Part shown: positions 11,201-22,265 of the stretch, piece by piece
Position numbering within the stretch: the first letter of the stretch is position 1
Layout of the letters: each line of letters opens with the position of its first letter
Source of the DNA: Perkinsus chesapeaki ATCC PRA-425
Lineage: Eukaryota > Protista > Perkinsozoa
Direction: 5' to 3'
Length of the DNA: 64,000 bases
NCBI GenBank assembly: GCA_013115145.1
Contig: JAAPAO010000053.1
Coordinates: 36,717-100,716 of the forward strand
Notes under the pieces: model-generated
Database searches by the model: none
The model's input: only the letters and a program-made list of their open reading frames with translations
Told to the model about the DNA's origin: nothing
Translations under genes and position numbers: made by a program

Positions 11201-13362
11201 TCATCAAGCAGGAATCATCAGCGATTGAAAAGAGGGGAGAGGAGCAGTTCTCTCAGCAGAAGACTACCCTTGATAAGCTAGCCAACGAGCTCCACCAGCA
11301 AAGCGCCGAAAGCGAAAAGGTTCAGAATCTCGCCAAGAAGGAAGCTGAGACTTTCACGGCCGACTCTAACCGTTTCAAGGAGCGCATGGACACAGCTAAG
11401 TCGACCTTGACCGACGAAAGCAAGAAGCAATTCGAGGAGTTGAGGAAGCTGAAGAACGGCGTTGAGACGTGGTATAATAAAGCAGGGGAGGACCTGAGCA
11501 AGAGCCAGCAAGTCTTACACAAAGGCATGACAGAAATACCTAAGGCTACCGCAAAGAAGCAGAACCAGATGAAGGAGGAGATGAACAGGGTAGAGAGGAG
11601 TACCCAAGGCACAGTGACCCAGTTCGCTGGAAACCTAAACGAGTTGAGAAGCTCCATGAACAAGCGACGAGATGAGCACAACGCTAGGCGCCTGAAGGCG
11701 GTCTCTGGAATCCATGAGGGTATGGTCATGAGCGAGACCGGATTGCTGGAGAACCTTGTTGCATCTCAACTCACGTCAGCCGATGGGACAAAGCGAATGA
11801 GCGCGGTAAGATACGGTTGCTTTCACGGCTGTGAGAGCCGAGTTGGTGAGAGTTCGCCGTCTTCTTCTGTGTAGATGCTTGCCGCTTTGGCGAATAGCGT
11901 CGGTGCGATCAAGTCTGAGGGCGGATCTGAACTGCACAATATTATGAATGAGGTCCTCCAGCTGGGCACCAACACCGGCGGTCTCTACCGTAACCTTCAA
12001 ACTGGCCTCTCCAAGGGAATGGCTGACCTCGACCATGAGAGAATGGTGGATGCAATGCAGAGCGAAGATGCCATTCGAGGTAGATAGGATAAGTTGTGTT
12101 AGAGAATCACAGCATACTTCAGGCTATGCCCTGATGGACGGCCGCAGACTCAGTGGAATCGGTAACCAAATTTCTTCAATGCTCTCCGACTTCCACAAGG
12201 ATTCCTCCGCGGCCAACTTAGCTCTTGCCGGCGATAAGAAGGTAGATATCATCTAGCTTCAATTATGTATATAGCATAATGGCTTTAGGACGTTTACTCT
12301 TTGAGCAATCTTGTGCAAGGCATGGGCGCCGACAGTAAGCTAAAGCTCAATGACGCGCTCCACAGAATTGAGTAGTCTCTCTTCGATCTCGGATGTCTCA
12401 AGGAGTTTACCGCTAGGTCCGGCGAGACTACGATGCTCCAAGAGATCAACAATAACGTTGGCGTCGACTTGAAGAAGATCACTGCTGTCAAGGACCTTGT
12501 GCAGGCCTTGTTGCGCCCCATCGAGTCCTTCCGAGCCCGCGCCCGGCTAGGCTTCGACGAGGTGAGAATTCCGCGCCACAGTGCGGCGAAGCCTCGTCCG
12601 TTCATAGATCCACTCTAAGATCGAAAGTATCAGCGCATCCCTCAACGGACAGCTCCGAAGGGTGGGTTCGCAGTTGTCGGTTTACTTGTTTGCTAAACAA
12701 CCCATCTAGGCCGACGTGAAGATGGTACTTATGTCCCACCAAGCGAAGCAGGCCCTCGAGAAGGCCCAGCGCAAGCAGGAAGTCCTTGAGAAGACGATGG
12801 AGGACACTGGTAAGGATGTGGCTTTGGAATGGGAATTGTGGTTTATGTTGTTGGTTCAGGCAAGAAACTGAAGAGAGAGTTGCACAACATCCAGGAGGAG
12901 CACACCGAGATGCGGAAGCGACAGGAGGATGAGTTCTACGAGTTGAAGAATGAAGTGGTCGAGAAGACACACGAGATGCTTGATAAGCAGAGAAACATGA
13001 CCGCTGAGATTAGTGAAATGCAGAAGAAAGAGGATAGCTTCATGGAGGCCAAGCTGAGGGTAAAATCTCGCCCCACTGTTCTGTCTCCGGTGATGACCAT
13101 GTGACATTTTCAGGAAGTCACCAATATTATGCGTAACGGCAAGCCTGCGAATCACACCCTCAAGGGTCTTGGCGTCAGCATTAAGGACGTCGCCGGTAAG
13201 AGAAAATATCAACATTGGAAATCACAAACGCTTTCTGGTTCAGAATCACCAGATGCGGCTGATAGCGGCTGGTGGGCGAGCTTCCTATCTCGTGGCAGTC
13301 CGATTAAGCATAACGATAAAGCACACCTTGTCAATGCGAGGAAGCATGACTTCAGTGTGTGA
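8202..13362 (+). CDS. Large multi-exon coiled-coil protein with a predicted N-terminal signal peptide; function unknown
   Basis: Spliced start MAVLYTTLTITL|SLSSTWAIVA; long E/K/Q/A/S-rich helical exons (9154..10329, 11080..11874, 12829..13104) joined by short GT-AG introns; ends ...ARKHDFSV*. Confidence 0.8.
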
Positions 13363-13451
13363 ACCAGCCTCATCACTATGTGATCATGTTGTTAATCTAT
13401 TATTATGCCAATGTTGTATTTTATATGTCAATCAATAAACCCATTACATAA

Positions 13452-14663
13452 CTAAACACCACCACAGCAAACAGAAACAACTTTACACAACCATGTGTCG
13501 ACGTTTGCAACCCGCGTACGGGTAACTTCTCCCCCATAGGGATCACAGCCAAGCACCTCAACGTCCTCTGGGCTGCCCACGGCCACAACGCCAGTAGAAC
13601 CGTCAACGTCTAGGAAGTGTTTGATGGATTCTACGAGCTTTTCACTTCTAGTCAACCGAAGCCCGAAAGGCGGGTTGGTTATCAGAGCTACTGGAGAGCC
13701 ACTGTAAAGCTGCGAGAGCTTTACCCAATCAAACGCTTGCAAAGGGACGCTGCTGATATCGCAAAGTCTAATTAGTGGATCCAAGTTGGAAGCGGCAACT
13801 TGTATCATTCGTGGGTCCTTGTCAAATCCAGCGATGAACTCGTGATGATGTGGCGAGATTTTAGAGTCTTCCTGTTCTATTGTGTGCCGCCATTCCTCCT
13901 CGTCAAAGCCAGTTCCCACAGTGCAGCTTGAGAACGCCTCTGATGCCTGCCGAAGGTGACGCTGCTCGAAGTGGCGATAGTAAGAGTTGAAGTACTGTGC
14001 TGGCACGTTGCAGCGTCGCATCAGATATTCCAGAATAATGGTGCCGCTGCCACAGAAGGGATCGATCACCGGAACTTGGCCAGCAGCTTCGTCGGGGACC
14101 ATCGATACCATGGCGGCAGCTAATGTCTCGTTCATTGGAGCTACGCCTTGCTTCTTGCGCAGCCCTCTGATGTGGAGACTGGTGTGACCATCACCGGCGT
14201 AAACCCGGAAGGTATGGTCCTTCTCGGCGACCAACAGCAAGCGGACCTGGTAGTCGTCCCACGCGAATGTAGCGCCATACCGATCAGCTAGGAAGGTCTT
14301 CCAGCGTGCCAGCAGAGCTTCACTCAAGTCATCAACTCTGGCAGGATTTCGAATGAAGGCGGCGACCGTGTTCCTTGCCAGCGCCTTGGGATAGTCTACT
14401 TGTGTCAGAAACGAAAACAACCTGTCTTCGCTCATAGATGTATGATTGACATCAAGGTTGCCGATCTCGCGCCACAGGTGTGTGACGAATCGCGAAGTGT
14501 AATGAAGTCGATAGACGTCGGTCGGCAGGAGAGGCCCGGAGACAGAAACAGCGCAGGGGAAAGGCCTCTCTGTGATAACCGACCTGGACTGCCCTAGAAT
14601 CATACGGACCTCCCTCTCGAGGATGGATTCAAGACCAGAAATGCACCGCAACAATAAACGCAT
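13452..14663 (-). CDS. Intronless THUMP-domain RNA methyltransferase, RlmL/YpsC (UPF0020)-like
   Basis: MRLLLRCISGLESILEREV start, SLHIRG, APMNETLAAAM, SAM-binding DPFCGSGTI, GFDKD and TNPPFGLRL motifs in a single frame. Confidence 0.88.
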   Translation of the reverse strand: MRLLLRCISGLESILEREVRMILGQSRSVITERPFPCAVSVSGPLLPTDVYRLHYTSRFVTHLWREIGNLDVNHTSMSEDRLFSFLTQVDYPKALARNTVAAFIRNPARVDDLSEALLARWKTFLADRYGATFAWDDYQVRLLLVAEKDHTFRVYAGDGHTSLHIRGLRKKQGVAPMNETLAAAMVSMVPDEAAGQVPVIDPFCGSGTIILEYLMRRCNVPAQYFNSYYRHFEQRHLRQASEAFSSCTVGTGFDEEEWRHTIEQEDSKISPHHHEFIAGFDKDPRMIQVAASNLDPLIRLCDISSVPLQAFDWVKLSQLYSGSPVALITNPPFGLRLTRSEKLVESIKHFLDVDGSTGVVAVGSPEDVEVLGCDPYGGEVTRTRVANVDTWLCKVVSVCCGGV

Positions 14664-14693
14664 ACCGTAAACTGCAGACACCCGATTAACAAA

Positions 14694-15026
14694 ATGAACA
14701 CAACAAAGGTAGAAGTGATGAACATCACCTGTTGTAAATATAGTATCACCGAACCGCCGATGAAGTGGCTGGACAACAAGAGCAAAGCACAAATGGAAGC
14801 AAGCAATGTCGTCACTTCTGAGTGTAACAATGGGGCTCAGCGAGACTATGAGGAGTGGCTTGGAAAACATCGTTTTCGAGATCCTGGGGAGGGATTTCTC
14901 GCGCGCCACGAAACTAAGGACATCATCTACCTGGCTTTGTATCCGATCCACTCTAGTCTCGGTTTCCTTCGAGAGTTTGCCATGGTACGTGTGATGGAAG
15001 AAGTTGAGCGAGAAAACGCAAAGTAG
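14694..15026 (+). CDS. Small hypothetical protein (possible start at the Met near 14760)
   Basis: 110-aa ORF with protein-like composition ending ...RVMEEVERENAK*; no recognised motif. Confidence 0.35.
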   Translation: MNTTKVEVMNITCCKYSITEPPMKWLDNKSKAQMEASNVVTSECNNGAQRDYEEWLGKHRFRDPGEGFLARHETKDIIYLALYPIHSSLGFLREFAMVRVMEEVERENAK

Positions 15027-15029
15027 ACC

Positions 15030-16903
15030 TGATGGCACCGAACTGTAGCCATGGAAAAGGGTCATCTTACCGCAGCAGTGGACAAGTCCAGTGACGATGA
15101 AGTTGAATCGATAACCCCAATGGTCAACCAGTAGGCCACCGATAGCTGCTGAACCCGACCATGAGAACATACGAACCTAGAGGAGCATACGACAGATTGA
15201 AAAGACGATTTGAAATGGAAAATAGGAAACTGGCAACTATTCAATTGATGGTTAAATTGTTGATTTTTGATCGAAACGAGATGGTATGGGAGTGTTACTA
15301 AAAAGTATTGTATTTCGAGCTTTAGATATGTTCTTAAACGTTCAAGAATGTACGATGCGACTGCCTCCTTACCATATCAACTGCATTAACTTTTCCCCTG
15401 TCCTTTCTCGGCGTGTGGTCCATAAGCATTGCTCGAAATACTGGGCGAGAACAATTCATAAATGCCATTCGGATAACGTACAATACAAGAAGAATTTGTA
15501 TAGGTCTCACCACCACCTGAAGACACTCTACGCCCCAGTGCATTCGATGCCGTTCGCTTACCATAGCCCATAGCAGCGAAACTGCAATGAGTCGAATGGT
15601 CACAACCACTTTCACGGTGCCGAAGCGCGTGGCAAGCTCATTGGTAACGGTGTAGGTCATAAACGCTACTGTTCTGAAAAGGGCGAAATCCCATACGTTG
15701 TAATGAGGAGGCGGCTTCCTACAGTGTCGTCACCACATTGAGGATGGCCAGCGTCCGAGGATCGACACCGTAGTCGTTCTTGAACCAAAGCTGGAAGTAC
15801 TGGACAGACATGCCGGAGCCCAGCGCTGTAATGACGTCCTGGCCGAGAATGGCACAGACGATGCAAATCGAATTGGTGTAGGAGCGGATCATCTGCAAAC
15901 AAGCCGCATGGCTGTGACGTGACGCGACGTTGGCGAACCTTCTTCTTGTGCGTGAAGGGTATTGTGATCTCCACCAGCTCATTCGGGTTGTCCTCGCAAA
16001 CAGCTTTGGTCGCCACGGCAGCGGTGCCCTTATTCCCCTCATCACGGAAGAACATATCCGCCACCATGCCAAATATCGCACACGATGAGCCGAAAAGGAG
16101 AACCTAAGAGAACACCTACACGTCCCATCAGCTGCATACTCTCTGGCACTTCTGAGTGTCTTGGATTTTCGAGAATGTTAACGTAAGCACAATTTTCTAT
16201 AACCGAGCTCTCACCTTTTTCAGGCATGGCAGTGTCCATGTGTTTCCCGCGACCGACAGAATTATAGCGTTCAAAATTGGACCGCTGGCAGTCGCCAACT
16301 GGGCAAGCGTCCACCTGAGGAGACCTTAGATAGCAGCCAAGACGATAGCAGCACCAACCTCAGGGACTCGAGAGGCGCTCGGTTGCCAGTCGACATACCA
16401 TCAGCGATAAGAGTGCTCAACGTGGTTTCAGAGAAGGCCGTGAAGGTGCCCCAAAGAACGTATGATGGATAGGCGATCCACAGCTTATCAGTGAGAAACA
16501 ACGCAAAGTTCATACCGATATTGAAGATACCCAGGAAGCCTAAGGCCCGCATCAAAGCTGGCTTAGAGATGTTGTCGGCCACTATACCGGCGATTGGGGC
16601 ACACGCCAAACAAGTAAGACCCTGCACGGAGGAGAACACACCGACCATAGTGTTAGAGCCTCCCGTGATCGTATAGAGGTAACCCAGCATAGGGATGCCC
16701 GTCCAGATGGATTGACTGAACTTGATGAGGAACGTGACCAGAAAGCCAAGCTTGACATTGTAGGATGCGCCGAGGAAGCTCCGCCAAAGGAACACTATCG
16801 GCTTGGTCTCCTTCTTCGCTCTGCCGCTCCTGCTCCTCGATAGATGATTAGCCCGGTTGGTGGTGGGCAGGAGGCTCTCTCTGAGGTTGCGACGATCAGG
16901 CAT
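15030..16903 (-). CDS. Major facilitator superfamily transporter, multi-exon
   Basis: Multiple hydrophobic helices, A-motif-like AGIVADNISK and GGLLVDHWGYR, plus RAMLMDHTPRKDRGK; exons in ORFs 16271..16903, 15719..16081, 15334..15660. Confidence 0.88.
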
Positions 16904-17044
16904 CTCGAATGGCAGGCAAACTGCAACGGTGAAAATGAGATCCAGAAATCAACAGAGATACGGTAAAAAGGGAATCATGAGTCGGTAAAGCTGAGCCTGT
17001 CGGTAACTCTAAAACACAAACTTTCATCATCTTCACCAAGGCAT

Positions 17045-18934
17045 TCACAACCGACCAACCCTTGCGCCACAGCAGCGTCGACTTTGCCTCGAATCGGCCC
17101 AGCGCTCTGAGATCGACCGTCTGAAAGCCGGAAGCCGATCGCTTACGGAATCGTCCAGCCTTCGTTCCCGCCAAGTCCAATCTCTCATAACATCTGTAGT
17201 GCCGAAACGGTGAAACAGACGAGTTTCAACAAGGCGTACGACAACACCATCAACACGCAATAGGAAGGAGGCCAATACGTACCTATGAAGAAGAGCAGGC
17301 TGAAAATGGCTAAGTGAACAACGTCTACCAGAATGTCGGCATCACCCGTACTCTAATAATATATTTACACCATCCATTGTCGGCTAGCTCATCCTCCCAC
17401 AGGCATACCTAACAACACAATCGCACTGTGGAATGTACCTTAGTAACTGCTGCTGCTGATGCTGCTGTTATAACAGTGTAGAATCTCTGGCGTGCAACAG
17501 CGCAACTAATGTTGAGATCTCCATAAATCACCTTCTACCCCGATTCTATCGTACAGTTCATAGTAACTCCATTTCACACATCCACAACTCCGCTCCATCG
17601 CCAGCAGTAGGATGGCCCCCCCAGTTCAACCTACCTGGGAGAACCATCGGATAGGTTGGCTCCTGTCCGTTAGCTCTTCAAACGGCAGACATCCAGATGG
17701 ATCGCTAATTTCATGGACCTTCCACGGCCCCTCCAGTGTTCCAGCGTAGGCTGTAGTATAGGTCCAATCTGCCTTGGGCAGCTGCGGGTTATTATTGTTG
17801 TTAGTAGGGCTCATCGCAACAACAACATGCACATCGGGGTTGCTAGTGTCAGGATGCCAGTTCTGTGCTGCTGCCACGCGGACTTGACAGGGACTAAAAC
17901 AAAGTACCATCAGATGCCCTCCCATCTCTGCCATTTACGTGGACGAGTATGAAGGGAAAGCGAGGCCGCGGCGAAGTCAAATATACTACTCGAAATTATA
18001 CCCGAAATCAAACGTAGAAAACGGCTTGCATCTGCCAAAGTAACTCAGCCGTTGTGTAACCTATCCTAGCTAATTATAATATTAGCCCACTGCTCGTATT
18101 GGTACGGAGAGCGGTTCTACTACTACACTACCATGTCCTGCTGCTGCTGTCGGCCAGGTCCTTCCATACACCCGCTGGTACTCTAGCCAGCAGTCCATCC
18201 TCCGCTGCCGGTATCCCCTCATGCCATTCAACCACACCTGCTAGAGCCTCGTATACATCAAACGATATGGAGACTCCGGCCAAGGGGTGAGAGATCATCA
18301 AATGGGCACCTGAGAAAGGCTCAAGCACTACCGAAGCCTCTGACCGCTCTAAGAAGACGACTCTGCTATGATATACATCGACCCCTCAAGGCTATAGCTT
18401 CCACAACTACGTCCTACGAAACTACACTGCACTTATCAGTGTTGGGATGAAAGCATGCGGCCGCCTACGTACGTCAGTACAGGAAAGTTTCCAGGGAGTT
18501 CCAACCGACTTTTCTGTTACTTAGCAATGGAAAGCATATCAGATGTACGCCTGCACTCCCACAAACGTATGTCACGGGGCCGTGGGAAAGCACTCACGCC
18601 GAACAGGAATGATGGAATATTCTACACTCCGAAGAAGAGCAGGACTGGAGCGCCACTGTGTGAAGTGAGATGGTGCCGCCCCATAGAAGAGGCCTCACAA
18701 TGAACTCAAATCAACACAACCTGTCCGGTTCTCACTAACCGCTCGGCCGCCGAAGATCACAAATTCCGCAGCTCCTACCGGCCCATTATCACTACCAGAA
18801 AATATCATATCCGGGATCCATCTCCTATGTGACGGCAGCCTCCTTTCGATCCCATCTCGCTCCTTTGCATCAGCTATAGCAGCCGCAGGATCGGAGGAGT
18901 CAAAGCTCCACCCTTCCGCCGAGAACTTGGACAT
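17045..18934 (-). CDS. TIP41: TIP41-like protein (PP2A/TOR regulator), multi-exon
   Basis: IPDMIFSG, SFDVYEAL, ADWTYTTAYAGTL and FLLRVDGVVVRLVETRLFHRFG match the TIP41/TIPRL family. Confidence 0.88.
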
Positions 18935-19081
18935 TCAGATAGGGACTCTAGGGACTCCTCAGTAGGGACACTTCAACACAACACGCAGGTGCTTCCACAA
19001 CTCACACTTTCATACTAGCATAACCAATTAGTAGGAACACCCTCAGGTATACCACCACCATGCTCCTCCACTAATCCATTT

Positions 19082-21409
19082 CCTATCCCCGACCACTAGC
19101 CTCTCCGGCCTGGAGCTTCGCAATCATCGACGGGGCTCTCTGATGGAAGTGGAAGTACTGCACCCCTCCTATTTGCCGATGCTTCGACTTATCTCGACTC
19201 ATTATGTACCTTCCCAATACAACAATACGTCAGTTCGGCAGGAGGGGAAACCGTTACATTCCCCATGCTATGTAGAGTGCTCCACATATTATCAAACCAG
19301 CCCCGAGCATTCTGTTGCGGCCACCTTGCCAGTTAGCCGTAGACAATACCAACGACCTGATAAGATATCACCAACAGGAAGAACCAGACCGAATCCTGAT
19401 TCGCAGAACAGGTCACTTCATCATAACTGAGATCTAACCGGCGACTCTTCACCAAATGAAAATAAATTGTTGTCGGAATTACTGTCAACAAGTTGAACGC
19501 TTCTATTCAGCTCTATAATCTAGGAAATAGAAAGCCCGACATTCCCCAACAAACCACACAATGTTCGCCCACTCACTTAGAGCCTCCAAAGGAAAGAGCA
19601 TCCCACGTGCTCTCTATATACACTGTCACCTCATCCCCAGGCTCCAAGGTTTCATCAATAACACCCCAAAGCTTCTGGAAGTTCGGGACCAGCGGTGTCA
19701 CTAACAAGCCAAGCACCCAGGTTCAAATCCCGGCCCCTCCATATATTATACCCATCCAGTTCTTGAAGTGCGAGTTCTCCAGTCCCCAGCCAGCCGGATT
19801 CTTCTTTGCGGTGTGATTTGCCAACGACGAGCAAGGCGGATCGAAGTTACAGGTGGGTGGCTCTAAGAAAGGTCACCCCCATCGGTAAAGCGTCTCAATC
19901 ATTTTTCAGAATATCTTTCCTTTCTCGGATTCCACAAAATCTAAGGACTCAGCTAGGGATGACGAGCGGGAATAATTCCCTTCAGAAAGTTTTTGCTATA
20001 TCATCAACACCACTAAGAGACAAGAACGAGCCCCCTAGTACTACCAGCCGTGAAATTGCAGTCAGCGATCTGGACCGTGTTGCCGTTCAAGTCCGTTATG
20101 CTCGTACCTGCCAAGAGACACGTTGATTGCATTTTTGGGGCGTACATTGCTTTTTCTATTGGTAATATTAACATAAAGGCGTACATTGCTTTTTCTATTA
20201 AGACCCCCTCCCCAGTACTACGTGCAACCTTAGTCGGTATAGGAACCGTAGTGACGTTAGCCGGCACGCACACTTGTGGCGGGAATTCATCCAGCAACCA
20301 GAAGGAATGCGTTCTGAACAGAACTGCCGCCGTTTGAAGCTCATGCTATTATTACTTGTAGAACGACGAGCCCTGCACCAGATCTGCCAGCTCCGGATTG
20401 TTTGTCACTATGGAAGGCTTGGAGCTAATCCGACCGCTCGACTGCTTTACCACTAACAATCGCAGTTACGGATTTCCCATCCCGAAGCACTACCAAGCTC
20501 GGTGGCATTTCCCTCCGAGTTCTTCACAGAAAAGTAGTACTTGTCATTGAACACCGAACGCGCGATAAGGCCGCACGGATAGAGGCTAACGGGAAGCCCA
20601 TATTTAATGGCGGTAAACCAACGCCTACACTCTGGAGTCGACATCACCGAACTTGGCCGGCTCATCATCAGCGGTGATCCAATCACTACATGCATCTAGA
20701 TCGTCCTTCAACATACTAGTGCCGGATTTAAGCTGGTCTCTATCCAGTGAGGTAATGTACCTTATATTTAAAAATATAACAATAAATGGACCAACGGGGC
20801 TATGATAGCCCGGCTATCACACCGACGGTGTGATACCGTACCATTGCCATAGATAGCTATTCTATATCTACTATTACTACATTACAGTATTATCTACTCC
20901 AGTGAAGCAGCAGCACCACCAGTTGGGTTGGGGCGGCTGCTTCCGCATGACATATTTTGGCCCTTCCAAGCTAGAGCAGCAGCAGTAGGAATTTTTAAAG
21001 TATTAAACACTTTTTTCCACCTATGCGAATGCAGCCCCCTCCTTGCCCCAATAGCCTACTCCCTATGGTTCTGGTAGACCTTCTCCAGCCTGTAGTAGAC
21101 ATATACAGGTTTCTTCATTTCCTTCTGTATTAATGTTCGCATAGTAACCACACCATTAACATCTCCCGGTATAGAGGTATAGTCCAGCTCTATCTCTCGT
21201 ACAGCACTAACAGCCAGATCTCAGCCAGCTGCTACGTACAAAGCAGCTTACTTTGCCGATATAAGGAGGGCTAAGCCGTAGAGAACGCAAAAGCCACCAA
21301 ATACGAATACGCAACAGGCCGCCCTAGCAACTGTCAGGATCGGTACTGTGCCAGGCAGGGTCTGCTGTAGGACCTGAGACGGAGTGCCAAATACGGGAAG
21401 GAGTGTCAT
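19082..21409 (-). CDS. CDC50: CDC50/LEM3 family P4-ATPase flippase subunit, multi-exon
   Basis: QQTLPGTVPILT followed by a TM helix, LYPCGLIARSVFNDKY, GWGLENSHFKNWM and PNFQKLWGVI. Confidence 0.88.
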
Positions 21410-21688
21410 TGAGTATCATCGAACATGTGCCTTAAAAACTACCTACGACTATAGGGATACGTCGCTTCAAGACGTAAATTAGCAAATTTGAGGCCTGCTA
21501 GTATGTAAAGTACCACGTGGTAAGGAGGGAGCACATAAGCCATATAGCTGATCGGAATACATATGAACATATCATTTGCAGTCAGCTACAAGTAAAGACT
21601 ACACCACACTTCGAAATGTACGAAAATAGCACCGGAAAAAATTTGGCAAATTTTTGGGTAGCAGAAACTTTACTATTTGGTGGAATAG

Positions 21689-22217
21689 TTAAACATTGGA
21701 TGGGAAAGGTTTACTAATTATCTCATAGTGGACTTGTTCCGAAGATGAACGTACGTCGTGCTTCGCCTTCTTCCAACAAGACTGTCGGATGCTTTTCGCC
21801 TCACTGTACACTTTGTCCTCCTCAGGGTCCACCGCAGGTATATCATTTGACGGCAGTTCGGGGTCCTCAGACGATTGCGAGACACCCCAGAGATTGGCCT
21901 TCGGCAGCATATGCCTCCGGCCACGGCTCGAGGAAGAAGAAGCTTCATGGTGCCCAACTAGGGCTGCGTGAGAAGCCCGTCGATGAGGGCCTTCGGACAT
22001 GAGATGGAATAATCGATCTAGCTTGGGAGGAGGAGACGTCCTTCATGCCAAAGTGCGCAATTGAAACCGCGCGCGCCACAAAATTATGCAATCCCACTGA
22101 AGTTTCCAACACATACGCTGGCCCAGCGTCGCCGGGTGTCGAAGGCTCACAAACATCTTTGCCATGGACCGACACAAGATCTGTCCCCATCACAGTCGTC
22201 GATCGAAGACATGGCAT
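21689..22217 (-). CDS. Hypothetical protein
   Basis: Overlapping protein-like minus-strand ORFs between CDC50 and WDR18; no motif recognised. Confidence 0.3.
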
Positions 22218-22265
22218 GTGAAAGCACTCACATAATGCAACACCGCAGAATATCAGTAGAAACGT

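Noticed and set aside
9100-12036. Long minus-strand ORFs (9100..9705, 9853..10314, 11322..11729 and others)
   Set aside because: Leu/Ser-rich antisense shadows of the plus-strand coiled-coil exons
14664-15170. Apparent 572-aa MFS-methyltransferase fusion ORF (13452..15170)
   Set aside because: An open frame running by chance through the MFS last exons and spacer; the methyltransferase has its own ATG at 14663 preceded by an AG acceptor-like site
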